A stretch of 64,000 nucleotides of DNA, taken from assembly GCA_035380125.1 (NCBI GenBank), contig DAOSWV010000002.1:73270-137269 (forward strand). Reading direction: 5' to 3'. The notes under the pieces are model-generated. The model had not been told where the DNA came from. It saw nothing but the letters and a program-made list of their open reading frames with translations, and made no database searches. Positions 51,067 to 59,948 of the stretch are shown here, piece after piece (the stretch's first letter is position 1; the number at the start of each line of letters is the position of its first letter). The DNA is from Oscillospiraceae bacterium. GTDB taxonomy: Bacteria > Bacillota > Clostridia > Oscillospirales > JAKOTC01. Made by a program: the position numbers and the translations under genes.

Positions 51067-51903
51067 TTATTGATAAGCGTCCGCGAGGCGGCAGAAGTCG
51101 GCGACCGAGAGCTGCTCGGCGCGCATGCGGGGATCAATATCGGCTGCTGCCAACACGGCGGCGGCTTTTTCTTTGCCCGAAAGCACCGACAGGGAATTAT
51201 GCAGCGTCTTGCGGCGCTGATTGAATGCCGCGCGCACTACTTTGAAAAAGGTGCTTTCGTCAGCGGCTTTCACGGGCGGCTCGTCGTAGATATTCAATCG
51301 GATGACCTGACAATCGACGTTCGGGGCGGGCAGAAAACTGCCGCGCGAGACGTCGAATAAAATCTCGGGCTTGGAGCGGTAATGCACCGTCACGCTGACG
51401 GCGCCGCATTCGCGGCTCGGCGGCACCGCGCACAGGCGAACGGCCAGTTCTTTTTGCAGCAGCACCGTGATGCCTTTGAATTTTGCGCCGCTCTCCAAAA
51501 ACCGCATGATGAGTTCGGTGGAGATATAAAACGGCAGATTGGCGCAAACCACAACGGGCATGTCGCCGAAATGTTCTTTGATAAATGCGGGCAGGTCGAG
51601 TTTGAGTGCGTCCGAAAAGACAATTTCGACGTTTTCAAGATCGCCGATCGTCTCGGCCAGCACCGGTGAAAGCCGCTTATCGAGCTCGACCGCGACGACC
51701 TTTTTTGCGCGTTTAGCCAGTTCGTTCGTCAGCATGCCCGCTCCCGGCCCGACTTCAAGTACGCCGATGCCGTCACAGCCGCTGCCTGCCGCCATTTTTG
51801 GCGGGACCGACGGATTGATTAAAAAGTTTTGTCCGATCGACTTGGTGAACGAAAAGCCGTGCTTTTTCAGGATTTCGTTGGCTCGGGAAGCGGTGAGTTC
51901 CAT
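51067..51903 (-). CDS. rsmA: 16S rRNA (adenine1518/1519-N6)-dimethyltransferase
   Basis: 278 aa with KSIGQNFL, VLEVGPGAGMLT and NLPFYIST. Confidence 0.92.
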   Translation of the reverse strand: MELTASRANEILKKHGFSFTKSIGQNFLINPSVPPKMAAGSGCDGIGVLEVGPGAGMLTNELAKRAKKVVAVELDKRLSPVLAETIGDLENVEIVFSDALKLDLPAFIKEHFGDMPVVVCANLPFYISTELIMRFLESGAKFKGITVLLQKELAVRLCAVPPSRECGAVSVTVHYRSKPEILFDVSRGSFLPAPNVDCQVIRLNIYDEPPVKAADESTFFKVVRAAFNQRRKTLHNSLSVLSGKEKAAAVLAAADIDPRMRAEQLSVADFCRLADAYQ

Positions 51904-52082
51904 GAGATACCGTCCTTTTTTAAAAAATTAAGCGGTTTGACAAGAAGGGAATGTTTCAAAACGTTTATCTCTATAAGCAACGCTTGACAGATTTTAGGGC
52001 GGAATGTTATAATAGCGGAGATTTGGGCGGCATATAAATAGAACCGACGCCGTCTTTTCACAACGTTTGAAAGGGTGATTTT

Positions 52083-52571
52083 GTGAGACGCGATAAGCAC
52101 AATTATTATCTGGATATCGCGCAGACTGTCCTCGAGCGGTCAACTTGTCTGCGCCGCCGCTTCGGAGCCGTCATCGTTAAAAACGATGAGATTGTCTCGA
52201 CCGGTTATAACGGCGCGCCGCGCGGCCGTGCCAACTGTACGGATCTGGGTTACTGCGTCCGCAAAAAAATGAATATTCCGCGCGGGGAGAATTATGAGAT
52301 CTGCCGCTCGGTTCACGCCGAGGCCAATGCCATCATCTCAGCGCCGCGCTACGAGACCATCAATGCTACGCTTTATCTGGTTTGTCAGGATGCCGAAACC
52401 GGTGACCTTGTGGCCGGGACGATGTCGTGTACAATGTGCAAGCGGCTGATCATCAACGCCGGGATCAAGACGGTCATTATCCGCAATACGCCCGAGGAAT
52501 ATACGATCGTCGATGTTCAGCGGGACTGGGTGGCCGATGACGAGACCCTGAAAGGGATTTTTAATTATTAA
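52083..52571 (+). CDS. comEB: Deoxycytidylate (dCMP) deaminase, ComEB-like
   Basis: 162 aa with a GTG start. VHAEANAI and the SCTMCKRLI zinc motifs are present. Confidence 0.8.
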   Translation: MRRDKHNYYLDIAQTVLERSTCLRRRFGAVIVKNDEIVSTGYNGAPRGRANCTDLGYCVRKKMNIPRGENYEICRSVHAEANAIISAPRYETINATLYLVCQDAETGDLVAGTMSCTMCKRLIINAGIKTVIIRNTPEEYTIVDVQRDWVADDETLKGIFNY

Positions 52572-52572
52572 T

Positions 52573-53058
52573 ATGACAGATGTGACCTATTCTGAAGCGG
52601 CGATGTCCGATCTCCACGCGCTTGCGGCAATGCGCATTCGGATGATTGAGGAGGAGCATCCGCTTCCCGACGGGCAGAAGCGTTTGATCTCCGAAAATAC
52701 GAAACAGTTTCTTTTTGATGAGATTTCCAAAGATACGGCCGTCGTCTGGACGGCTGTTTTTTCTGAGCAGCTGATCGGCATGGGAACTGTTAATTTCTTT
52801 TCGCTGCCGCCCAACGACTGGTGCCTGAACGGAAAAACCGCTTACATCGGGAATCTGTATGTGCTGCCGGAATTTCGCAGAAAAGGGATTGCTTCCGAAC
52901 TGCTTTCCCGTTTAAACGAGGAAGCAAAAAAGCGGGAATGCCAGCGAATTTTACTGCATACCACCGAGGCAGGCAGGCCGCTTTATGAAAAATTCGGGTT
53001 CGAGGCCTCACCTTCGGCGATGGCGCTCTATCCGTTCGGTATCAAGCCGGAGAGTTGA
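52573..53058 (+). CDS. GNAT family N-acetyltransferase
   Basis: 161 aa with LYVLPEFRRKGIASELL. Confidence 0.75.
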   Translation: MTDVTYSEAAMSDLHALAAMRIRMIEEEHPLPDGQKRLISENTKQFLFDEISKDTAVVWTAVFSEQLIGMGTVNFFSLPPNDWCLNGKTAYIGNLYVLPEFRRKGIASELLSRLNEEAKKRECQRILLHTTEAGRPLYEKFGFEASPSAMALYPFGIKPES

Positions 53059-53067
53059 TCTCCGGCA

Positions 53068-53826
53068 TTATTTTTCCGATTTGCTCTTTTGGGCGCGGTA
53101 GCAGATATCAGCGAGCAGGCGGTCGGGGGAGATGCGCGCGCCGATACGGGCGAACTTGATAAGAAATCCGGGATTGATGGGGGATTTTCCCCGCTCGATC
53201 CCCTTGATTGCGGTGCGTGCGATTGCCTGGGCGCTCTTGCCTCTGATGCCGAAGGATACGCCGGCGACTTCATTGAATTCCGTATCGAAGGGACCGGGGC
53301 ATAACGCCAGTACCCGCACTTTGCTGCCCGACTTGCGCAGTTCGGCATCAACCGATTGGGAGAGCTTGAGCACATAGCCCTTGGTCGCGTAATAAGTCGC
53401 CATCAACGGGCCGATCATGTAGGCCGCGACACTGGCGACATTTAATATCGTGCCGGAATTTTTAGCGGTCATCTTGGTCAAAAACAGTTTCATCAACGTG
53501 TGCAGCGCCTTGCAGTTCAGGTCGACCATTGCAAGTTCGCGGTCGAGTTCGGTCTCGGTGAATTCACCGAACAGTCCGAAGCCCGCGTTGTTGATAAGCA
53601 AATCGATATTTTCATCGGCGACTGCATCAAACAGCGCCTTGCAGCCCTCGAATGTACCCAGGTCGGCGGGAATGACACGTGATTCGCCCGGCAGGATTTT
53701 AGCCAATTCTTCGAGTCGATCCACTCTGCGGGCAACTAAAATCGTGCGCCAGCCCTTGTCTGAGAGTTGTTTTGCAAGTTCGGAGCCGAGACCCGAGCTT
53801 GCGCCTGTAATAAGTGCGGTTTTCAT
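53068..53826 (-). CDS. Short-chain dehydrogenase/reductase (SDR)
   Basis: 252 aa with MKTALITGASSGLG, NNAG and YxxxK (YYATKGY). Confidence 0.85.
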   Translation of the reverse strand: MKTALITGASSGLGSELAKQLSDKGWRTILVARRVDRLEELAKILPGESRVIPADLGTFEGCKALFDAVADENIDLLINNAGFGLFGEFTETELDRELAMVDLNCKALHTLMKLFLTKMTAKNSGTILNVASVAAYMIGPLMATYYATKGYVLKLSQSVDAELRKSGSKVRVLALCPGPFDTEFNEVAGVSFGIRGKSAQAIARTAIKGIERGKSPINPGFLIKFARIGARISPDRLLADICYRAQKSKSEK

Positions 53827-53962
53827 GGAATTTGTACGTCCTTTCCAAAAGGGTGGTTATGTGAATAGATTGTTTCACTCATCTCAATAGGAGGGGGATT
53901 TGCGGGCGGCCATATGGGGCTGAACCTACGGTTGCGATAGAGGCGATTACGGTATCCTTTCC

Positions 53963-54140
53963 GGTTAGTTAACAGTTGGCAGTTAAGAGTGAGCAGTGAC
54001 AGCACAGTTAACTTCTCTTTTTAAACATAAAAAATCCGGAAATTTCACTTTGCATTGTTAACTGTCAACTGGTTGCTTAGTTGTTAACCCTTTAATAAGG
54101 AATATCACCGTACACTTTTAACTGTGAACTGCTAACTTGG
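53963..54140. repeat. Three copies of a GTTAACTGT(C/G)AACTG-type repeat (one inverted), the last overlapping the ROK gene 3' end
   Basis: GTTAACAGTTGGCAGTTAAGAGTGAGCAGTGACAGCACAGTTAAC lies at ~53968-54012 (inverted). GTTAACTGTCAACTGGTTGCTTAGTTGTTAAC lies at ~54057-54088. TTTTAACTGTGAACTGCTAACTTGG lies at 54116-54140. Confidence 0.7.
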
Positions 54141-55077
54141 TTTGTTTTTGTCCATACCTCGCGGCGGCGACGGCGGCGTAATCGCCGACCGATTCGCCCA
54201 GACCCGCATAGACGATGCGGCAGACTGCGGCGGCGAACGGAAGCGCTTCACGTGCGATAACTCGTTCGGCAATCTGGGCAAAACGGGGCTCGCGGCCGTA
54301 GATGGAGCCGATGACAATGAGCTCGGGATTGATGATGTCGATGATATTCGAAAGGCCGATGCCCAGTTTCTCGCCGCATTCTTCGATGACAGAGAGGGCG
54401 AATTCATCACCCGCATCGGCGGCGTCGCTGACGGATTTGGCCGTGATTTCGGTATTTTTTAACAGTGTTGTTTTACCGGTTTTCAGATAAGCGGGCATGC
54501 GTTCCTGTGCAAGCCGCGCAATGCCGCCGCCCGAGCAATACCCCTCGAACGAGCCGCGCTTACCGTAACCCACCGGACCGTCGTCGGCGATGCGCATATG
54601 TCCGACTTCGCCGCCCATATCGTTGGTGCCGCTGTAGAGCTTTCCGTCAAGGATCAATCCGCTGCCCATGCCGGTACCGAACGTCAGAAACACGACGTTT
54701 TGATAGCCCTTTCCCGCACCCCAGAGCCATTCGGCAAGGGCACAGGCGTTGGCGTCGTTTTGCAGGAAAGCAGGCGCGTCGACCGCGTTTTGAAGCGGGG
54801 TAACGATGTCGATATTAGTCCAATTGGGCAAGTTCGGCGGACAGAGGATAAGTCCTTTTTTGCTGTCCAGGGGACCGCCGCAGCTGATGCCGACCGCGTC
54901 GATGGTTTGCCCTTCGGACAGCTCCTTGGCGTATTTGACCAGCAGGGCGATGGTCTCTTCGGGCGTCGGCAGGGTGGCGAATTTGATTTTTTTGACGATC
55001 TCGGGAGGGTTTCCGTCCCGCCAGAGGGAGACCGCGCATTTGGTGCCGCCGATATCGACGGAGATATATTGTTTCAT
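54118..55077 (-). CDS. ROK-family sugar kinase (glucokinase-like)
   Basis: 319 aa with ISVDIGGTKCAV and the ROK region GEVGHM...CSGGG. The last 6 codons (KLAVHS) and the stop lie in a repeat unit. Confidence 0.85.
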   Translation of the reverse strand: MKQYISVDIGGTKCAVSLWRDGNPPEIVKKIKFATLPTPEETIALLVKYAKELSEGQTIDAVGISCGGPLDSKKGLILCPPNLPNWTNIDIVTPLQNAVDAPAFLQNDANACALAEWLWGAGKGYQNVVFLTFGTGMGSGLILDGKLYSGTNDMGGEVGHMRIADDGPVGYGKRGSFEGYCSGGGIARLAQERMPAYLKTGKTTLLKNTEITAKSVSDAADAGDEFALSVIEECGEKLGIGLSNIIDIINPELIVIGSIYGREPRFAQIAERVIAREALPFAAAVCRIVYAGLGESVGDYAAVAAARYGQKQTKLAVHS

Positions 55078-55191
55078 AATAAATGAACTTCTTTCTGCGA
55101 CGTTTTTTACTTTATCAGGCCGGGATTATTTGATTTTGTGCCGAATTTAATTCGGAAAATCTTTAACCACGCGGGTTTATGTCAACTCGGC

Positions 55192-55288
55192 GGGATCATG
55201 AGGGCGTTCCCTCAGGTCATCCCGCCCTACAGGACTGTGTCAATCAGGGTCGGTTTTGAAAACGGAACGGTCAAGACCGTTCCCTACA
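55192..55288 (+). repeat. Two CCCTACA-tailed palindromic (REP-like) units in tandem orientation
   Basis: GGGATCATGAGGGCGTTCCCTCAGGTCATCCCGCCCTACA lies at 55192-55231. GGAACGGTCAAGACCGTTCCCTACA lies at 55264-55288. They sit between manA and the ROK gene. Confidence 0.8.
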
Positions 55289-55292
55289 GGTT

Positions 55293-56222
55293 TTAGGGTG
55301 TGGTGTAGATGAGTTCGAGGTTGCCGGTCAGGGTCAGTTTGACAGTATTGACCGGGATGAATGCGCCGTCGCCTTTTTTAACGGCTTGTCCGTTGATTTC
55401 ACCGGTTCCGCCCAAAATTGTGATCAGTCCCCAGGTTTTTTTGCAGGGGATCTCGCCGCTGCCGTGATAATGAGTAGAAGTGAAATAGTCGCACCGGGCC
55501 AATACCGTGCGTTCGAGCGTTCCGATTTTACGCGTTTTACCGCGTGGTTTTCCGCTGGGTCTTGACGGGGAGAGATCGGACGCCTCAGCGGCTTTTTGAA
55601 TGTGCAGTTCGCGGGGCTTGCCGTCGGGGCCGGGACGGTTATAATCAAAAATGCGGTAGGTGAGGTTGCTGGACTGCTGGATTTCGCAGATCAGCAGTCC
55701 GGCGCCGATGGCGTGGATGGTGCCTGCGGGGATGAAAAAGACGTCGCCCCTTTTGCATTCAACTTTATTGAGCAGATTGCAGACGGTACCGTCTGCAATG
55801 CTGTCGGAAAATTCTTTTGGGGTTACATGGTTCTTAAAGCCGTAATAGATGAAAGCGCCGGGTGCGGCGTCCATGACGTACCACATCTCGGTCTTACCGC
55901 GTCCGTTTTCGTGCGCGGCGGCATATTTATCGTCGGGGTGCACCTGGATTGAGAGGTCACGCGCGGCGTCAATGAATTTGACCAGCAGCGGAAAATCTCC
56001 GTTGTACTCGCCGCACAGTTCCGGATGCGCGCTTAAAATATCACCGAGCGGTTTGCCGTCGAATTCTCCGCCCGCAGCGGTCGATTGTCCCGCCGGATGT
56101 GCCGAGACCACCCATGCTTCGGCAATGCGGGGAAAATTTTTGTCGTATCCGAATTCCGTGACGAGCCGGGTTCCGCCCCAGATGATGTCTTTTAACGCGG
56201 GTTTTAGCAATATCAAGTCCAA
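55293..56222 (-). CDS. manA: Mannose-6-phosphate isomerase, class I
   Basis: 309 aa with LSIQVHPDD, KTEMWYV and the cupin His GTIHAIG. Confidence 0.88.
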   Translation of the reverse strand: MDLILLKPALKDIIWGGTRLVTEFGYDKNFPRIAEAWVVSAHPAGQSTAAGGEFDGKPLGDILSAHPELCGEYNGDFPLLVKFIDAARDLSIQVHPDDKYAAAHENGRGKTEMWYVMDAAPGAFIYYGFKNHVTPKEFSDSIADGTVCNLLNKVECKRGDVFFIPAGTIHAIGAGLLICEIQQSSNLTYRIFDYNRPGPDGKPRELHIQKAAEASDLSPSRPSGKPRGKTRKIGTLERTVLARCDYFTSTHYHGSGEIPCKKTWGLITILGGTGEINGQAVKKGDGAFIPVNTVKLTLTGNLELIYTTP

Positions 56223-56373
56223 AATGACACACCTCCGATTTTGATCGAATCTATTTTACCACACAGATGCGGGAAATACAAAGGTTGAATTTCCTGTTTC
56301 TGAGAGGTATAATGTCTTTGTGTCAGTTAAGATGCAAATGTGTCGAATAACGGCATGGGAGGGAATAGATAAA

Positions 56374-57771
56374 ATGGCAGCGATAAAGAGAACCGTCAGG
56401 AGAAATCCGAGACGGTCAAAAGCAAAAAAGGCGCAGATTTCGAATGTGATGTTGGCAATATTTGCCTTGGTGCTGGTTGTTGCGGCGGGTGGGACGCTGT
56501 GGTATGTCCTGGATAACCGGCAGACGTTGGATGGCGCTTTTACCAATCAGGCCAGCTGTACCGTCGGAGACGTATCTGCGATAAAGACCGTCGAAAAACA
56601 GCGGTATTATACAATTGAAACGCAAGAACCCGAGGAAGCTGAACAAGCAATCTCTGAAGTGTATGATACGAATATTCGAGAATTTCAAACACGGCTTCAA
56701 AATCTGTTGAACACAAAAACGCTCAATCGGGATGATCCCGCAAAACTGACCATCGGCTTCAGCTTTGAGACGTTTGAACAATACACAACTTATACGATAC
56801 ATACCGAAGAATATATTTCTGCGGGAAATCCGGAAAACAAAACCGCTGATTACCGGATAATCTTTGACGGGGATACCCGGCTGAGCGCAGCAGACTTGTT
56901 TAAAAGCGGCGTGGATTATACCGCAAAACTATCCGATCTGGTCGGTGAGAGCCTTTCAGATCTTGACGGAAAACTTGCATTGACCGATGAGGGGTTGGAG
57001 GTATGTTCCGAAAATACCGCCGTAATTGACTATACCGCTCTGTATCATTTGATGGCCATTACTTTGCCTGAAAAATACAAACCCGTTGAGCCGACGCCCA
57101 TTGATCCGAAAGTCGAAAAAGTGGTTGCCCTGACGTTTGATGACGGGCCCTATTCTGCAGTAACCGATAAATTACTCGATCTGCTGGATCAGTACAACGC
57201 CAAGGCGACTTTCTTTGTGGTCGGCTATAATGTGGACTATTATCCCGACACCGTTCGCGATATCGTTAACCGCGGGCATTGCATCGGGGTGCACTCGACA
57301 GAACATAAAACACTGACCAAAATGACGGATGAGGAAATTAAAAAAGACATTTTCGGCATGCAGGATAAAATCGAGAAGATCTGCGGCGTGCGGCCCAATC
57401 TTCTTCGCCCGGTCGGAGGCCATATCACCCAACACATTGCGGATATGCTGAATATGCCGGTTATTCTCTGGGACTGCGATCCGTGCGACTGGAAATACCG
57501 GGATGCCGACAAGGTGGCAGAGGAAGTGATGGAACATATCAAAAGCGGAGATATCATACTTTCACATGATATTTATGAGTCTACATACGAGGCCTATGAG
57601 AAGATCATTCCGATACTGGCCGAACAGGGTTATCGCTTCGTTACGGTCGAGGAGTTGATTGGTTACACCGATGGTGCGTATGCCGGAAAGATCATCCGCT
57701 ACCGTGATTTATGTCGTGAAATGCGAAGAGACGGCGTGTTTGAACAAAGGTGCCAAGATAAAAATTTTTGA
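56374..57771 (+). CDS. Membrane-anchored polysaccharide deacetylase (NodB/CE4 domain)
   Basis: The N-terminal basic segment and TM read MAAIKRTVRRNPRRSKAKKAQISNVMLAIFALVLVV. VALTFDDGP, ATFFVVG and HSTEH are present. The start is set to ATG 56374 (GGGAGGG RBS). Confidence 0.8.
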   Translation: MAAIKRTVRRNPRRSKAKKAQISNVMLAIFALVLVVAAGGTLWYVLDNRQTLDGAFTNQASCTVGDVSAIKTVEKQRYYTIETQEPEEAEQAISEVYDTNIREFQTRLQNLLNTKTLNRDDPAKLTIGFSFETFEQYTTYTIHTEEYISAGNPENKTADYRIIFDGDTRLSAADLFKSGVDYTAKLSDLVGESLSDLDGKLALTDEGLEVCSENTAVIDYTALYHLMAITLPEKYKPVEPTPIDPKVEKVVALTFDDGPYSAVTDKLLDLLDQYNAKATFFVVGYNVDYYPDTVRDIVNRGHCIGVHSTEHKTLTKMTDEEIKKDIFGMQDKIEKICGVRPNLLRPVGGHITQHIADMLNMPVILWDCDPCDWKYRDADKVAEEVMEHIKSGDIILSHDIYESTYEAYEKIIPILAEQGYRFVTVEELIGYTDGAYAGKIIRYRDLCREMRRDGVFEQRCQDKNF

Positions 57772-57857
57772 TAAAAAGAACCCGGGGCATTTGCAAAATG
57801 CCGCGGGTTCTTTTATAATGGGAAACGGATCTAAAAAATGCTTTAGGAGGCACAAAC

Positions 57858-58598
57858 ATGTATTGTCCCAAATGCGGATCACAGATTGACGACGGTGCGA
57901 AATTCTGCGGGAAATGCGGCGAGCAACTCACCGAGCCCGTACAGCCCGTTCAACAACAGGCCTATCAACCGGCTCCGCAAGTTCAACCGGTTCAGCAGTA
58001 TCAACCGCAAAACACGGGACTGATCGGCTGGTCGGAGAATTACAGGCATCCTCTGATTGTGGAAAAGGCGGAAAAGCAGAAAAAAGGCGGTGTGATTTTC
58101 TCCGTTGTTTTAATGGCTGTCTTTCTGATCGGTTTTACCATTGCGGGATTTGCGGTGGATGATATGTCGCCGGTCGAGGGAATCATTGTCGGCGTTTTGC
58201 TGGCACTGATGACGCTGATCATTTTGCTGGTGCGCATGGCTAAGATGAAAAAGCCGATTTGGGAAGGCACCGTAACCGATAAAAAATCCAAACGCAAGAC
58301 CGATACCGACAACGATGGCAATATCTCAAGGGATTATATCCAATACACCGTTTACATAACCGGTGTCGACGGCAGTAAGAAAAAAATTACGACCAATGAT
58401 AACCGGGTGTGGTATGACTATCTGCAAGTGGGGGAGCGGGTGCGGTTTCATCCCAACCTCGGCACTTATGAAAAATATGATAAATCCAGAGACAGCTATC
58501 TGATGTGTAATGTCTGCGGCAAACGGTGCGATATCAGTGAGGATGTTTGCCGGTTCTGCAAAAGCCCGCTGTTTAAGGGTTCAGGCACCGGTTTTTAA
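57858..58598 (+). CDS. Zinc-ribbon membrane protein of unknown function
   Basis: 246 aa. It has an N-terminal CPKCG...CGKCG, a Q/P-rich linker, two TM helices, and a C-terminal CNVCG...CRFC. Confidence 0.6.
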   Translation: MYCPKCGSQIDDGAKFCGKCGEQLTEPVQPVQQQAYQPAPQVQPVQQYQPQNTGLIGWSENYRHPLIVEKAEKQKKGGVIFSVVLMAVFLIGFTIAGFAVDDMSPVEGIIVGVLLALMTLIILLVRMAKMKKPIWEGTVTDKKSKRKTDTDNDGNISRDYIQYTVYITGVDGSKKKITTNDNRVWYDYLQVGERVRFHPNLGTYEKYDKSRDSYLMCNVCGKRCDISEDVCRFCKSPLFKGSGTGF

Positions 58599-58811
58599 CG
58601 TCTGAATCAGCAGTTTGATGGCTTGAGCGAAATATCAACAGGGTGTATTTGTCTAATATGCTCTATACCGATGCTTTGGTCCGACCGCATTTCGGCGTTT
58701 TTTTCATTGAAAAATTCCCGTTTGCACTTGAAAAATTCGCATTTTTGGTATAATATAGTACAGGAATGCCGAATGGTCGGCATTGGTTAAAAATTATTGG
58801 AGGTTTTACTG

Positions 58812-59825
58812 ATGGTAAGAGTAGCTATTAACGGTTTCGGAAGAATCGGCCGCCTTGCGTTCAGACAGATGTTTGGCGCCAAGGGATATGAAGTCGTCGC
58901 GATAAACGACCTCACCAGCCCGAAAGTGCTGGCGCACCTTTTGAAGTATGACAGCTGTCAGGGCAGATATGCGCTGGGCAATACCGTGACATCCGGTGAG
59001 GATTCCATTACGGTCGACGGCAAGCAGATTAAGATTTATGCCGAGAAAAATGCAGCGGATTTGCCGTGGGGCAAGCTGGACATCGACGTCGTGCTCGAGT
59101 GCACCGGCTTCTATACGTCCAAGGACAAGGCGCAGGCACACATCGACGCAGGCGCAAAAAAGGTCGTCATCTCGGCTCCGGCCGGCAGCGATCTGCCCAC
59201 CATCGTCTTCGGCGTCAATGAGGGCACGCTGACCAAGGATGACACCATCATCTCGGCAGCTTCCTGCACCACCAACTGCCTGGCCCCGATGGCCTACACC
59301 CTGAACAAGTACGCACCCATTCAGAGCGGCATCATGACCACCGTCCATGCCTACACCGGTGATCAGATGACACTTGACGGCCCGCAGCGCAAAGGCGATC
59401 TGCGCCGTTCCCGTGCCGCAGCGGTCAATATCGTGCCGAACTCCACCGGCGCCGCAAAAGCGATCGGTCTGGTTATCCCCGAGCTCAACGGCAAACTGAT
59501 CGGCTCGGCTCAGCGCGTTCCGGTTCCGACCGGCTCCACCACCATTCTCGTCGCTGTCGTCAAGGGCAAAGACGTGACCAAAGAGGGCATCAACGCCGCG
59601 ATGAAAGCCGCCGCGAATCCGTCTTTCGGTTACAATGAGGATGAGATCGTCTCTTCCGACGTCATCGGCATCACAGTCGGCTCGCTGTTCGACTCCACCC
59701 AGACCATGCTCACCAAGATCGACGATGACACCTATCAGGTGCAGGTCGTGTCCTGGTATGACAACGAGAATTCCTACACCAGCCAGATGGTCCGTACCAT
59801 CAAGTATTTCGCGGAACTCAAGTAA
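58812..59825 (+). CDS. gap: Glyceraldehyde-3-phosphate dehydrogenase, type I
   Basis: [14 protein letters not shown] and SCTTNCLAP are present. The start is set to ATG 58812 (GGAGG RBS). Confidence 0.95.
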   Translation: MVRVAINGFGRIGRLAFRQMFGAKGYEVVAINDLTSPKVLAHLLKYDSCQGRYALGNTVTSGEDSITVDGKQIKIYAEKNAADLPWGKLDIDVVLECTGFYTSKDKAQAHIDAGAKKVVISAPAGSDLPTIVFGVNEGTLTKDDTIISAASCTTNCLAPMAYTLNKYAPIQSGIMTTVHAYTGDQMTLDGPQRKGDLRRSRAAAVNIVPNSTGAAKAIGLVIPELNGKLIGSAQRVPVPTGSTTILVAVVKGKDVTKEGINAAMKAAANPSFGYNEDEIVSSDVIGITVGSLFDSTQTMLTKIDDDTYQVQVVSWYDNENSYTSQMVRTIKYFAELK

Positions 59826-59842
59826 GCGATTTAATCCGAACC

Positions 59843-59875
59843 AAAGAGCCGTCTTTTCGGGCGGCTCTTTTTTGT
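59843..59875 (+). terminator. gap terminator
   Basis: AAAGAGCCG ... CGGCTCTTT followed by TTTGTG. Confidence 0.75.
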
Positions 59876-59948
59876 GTTGACGGATGCGTGTGCGTTTTGT
59901 TATACTTTCAAAGTAGGAATTACCCCAATCGAACAGAAGGAAAGAAGA

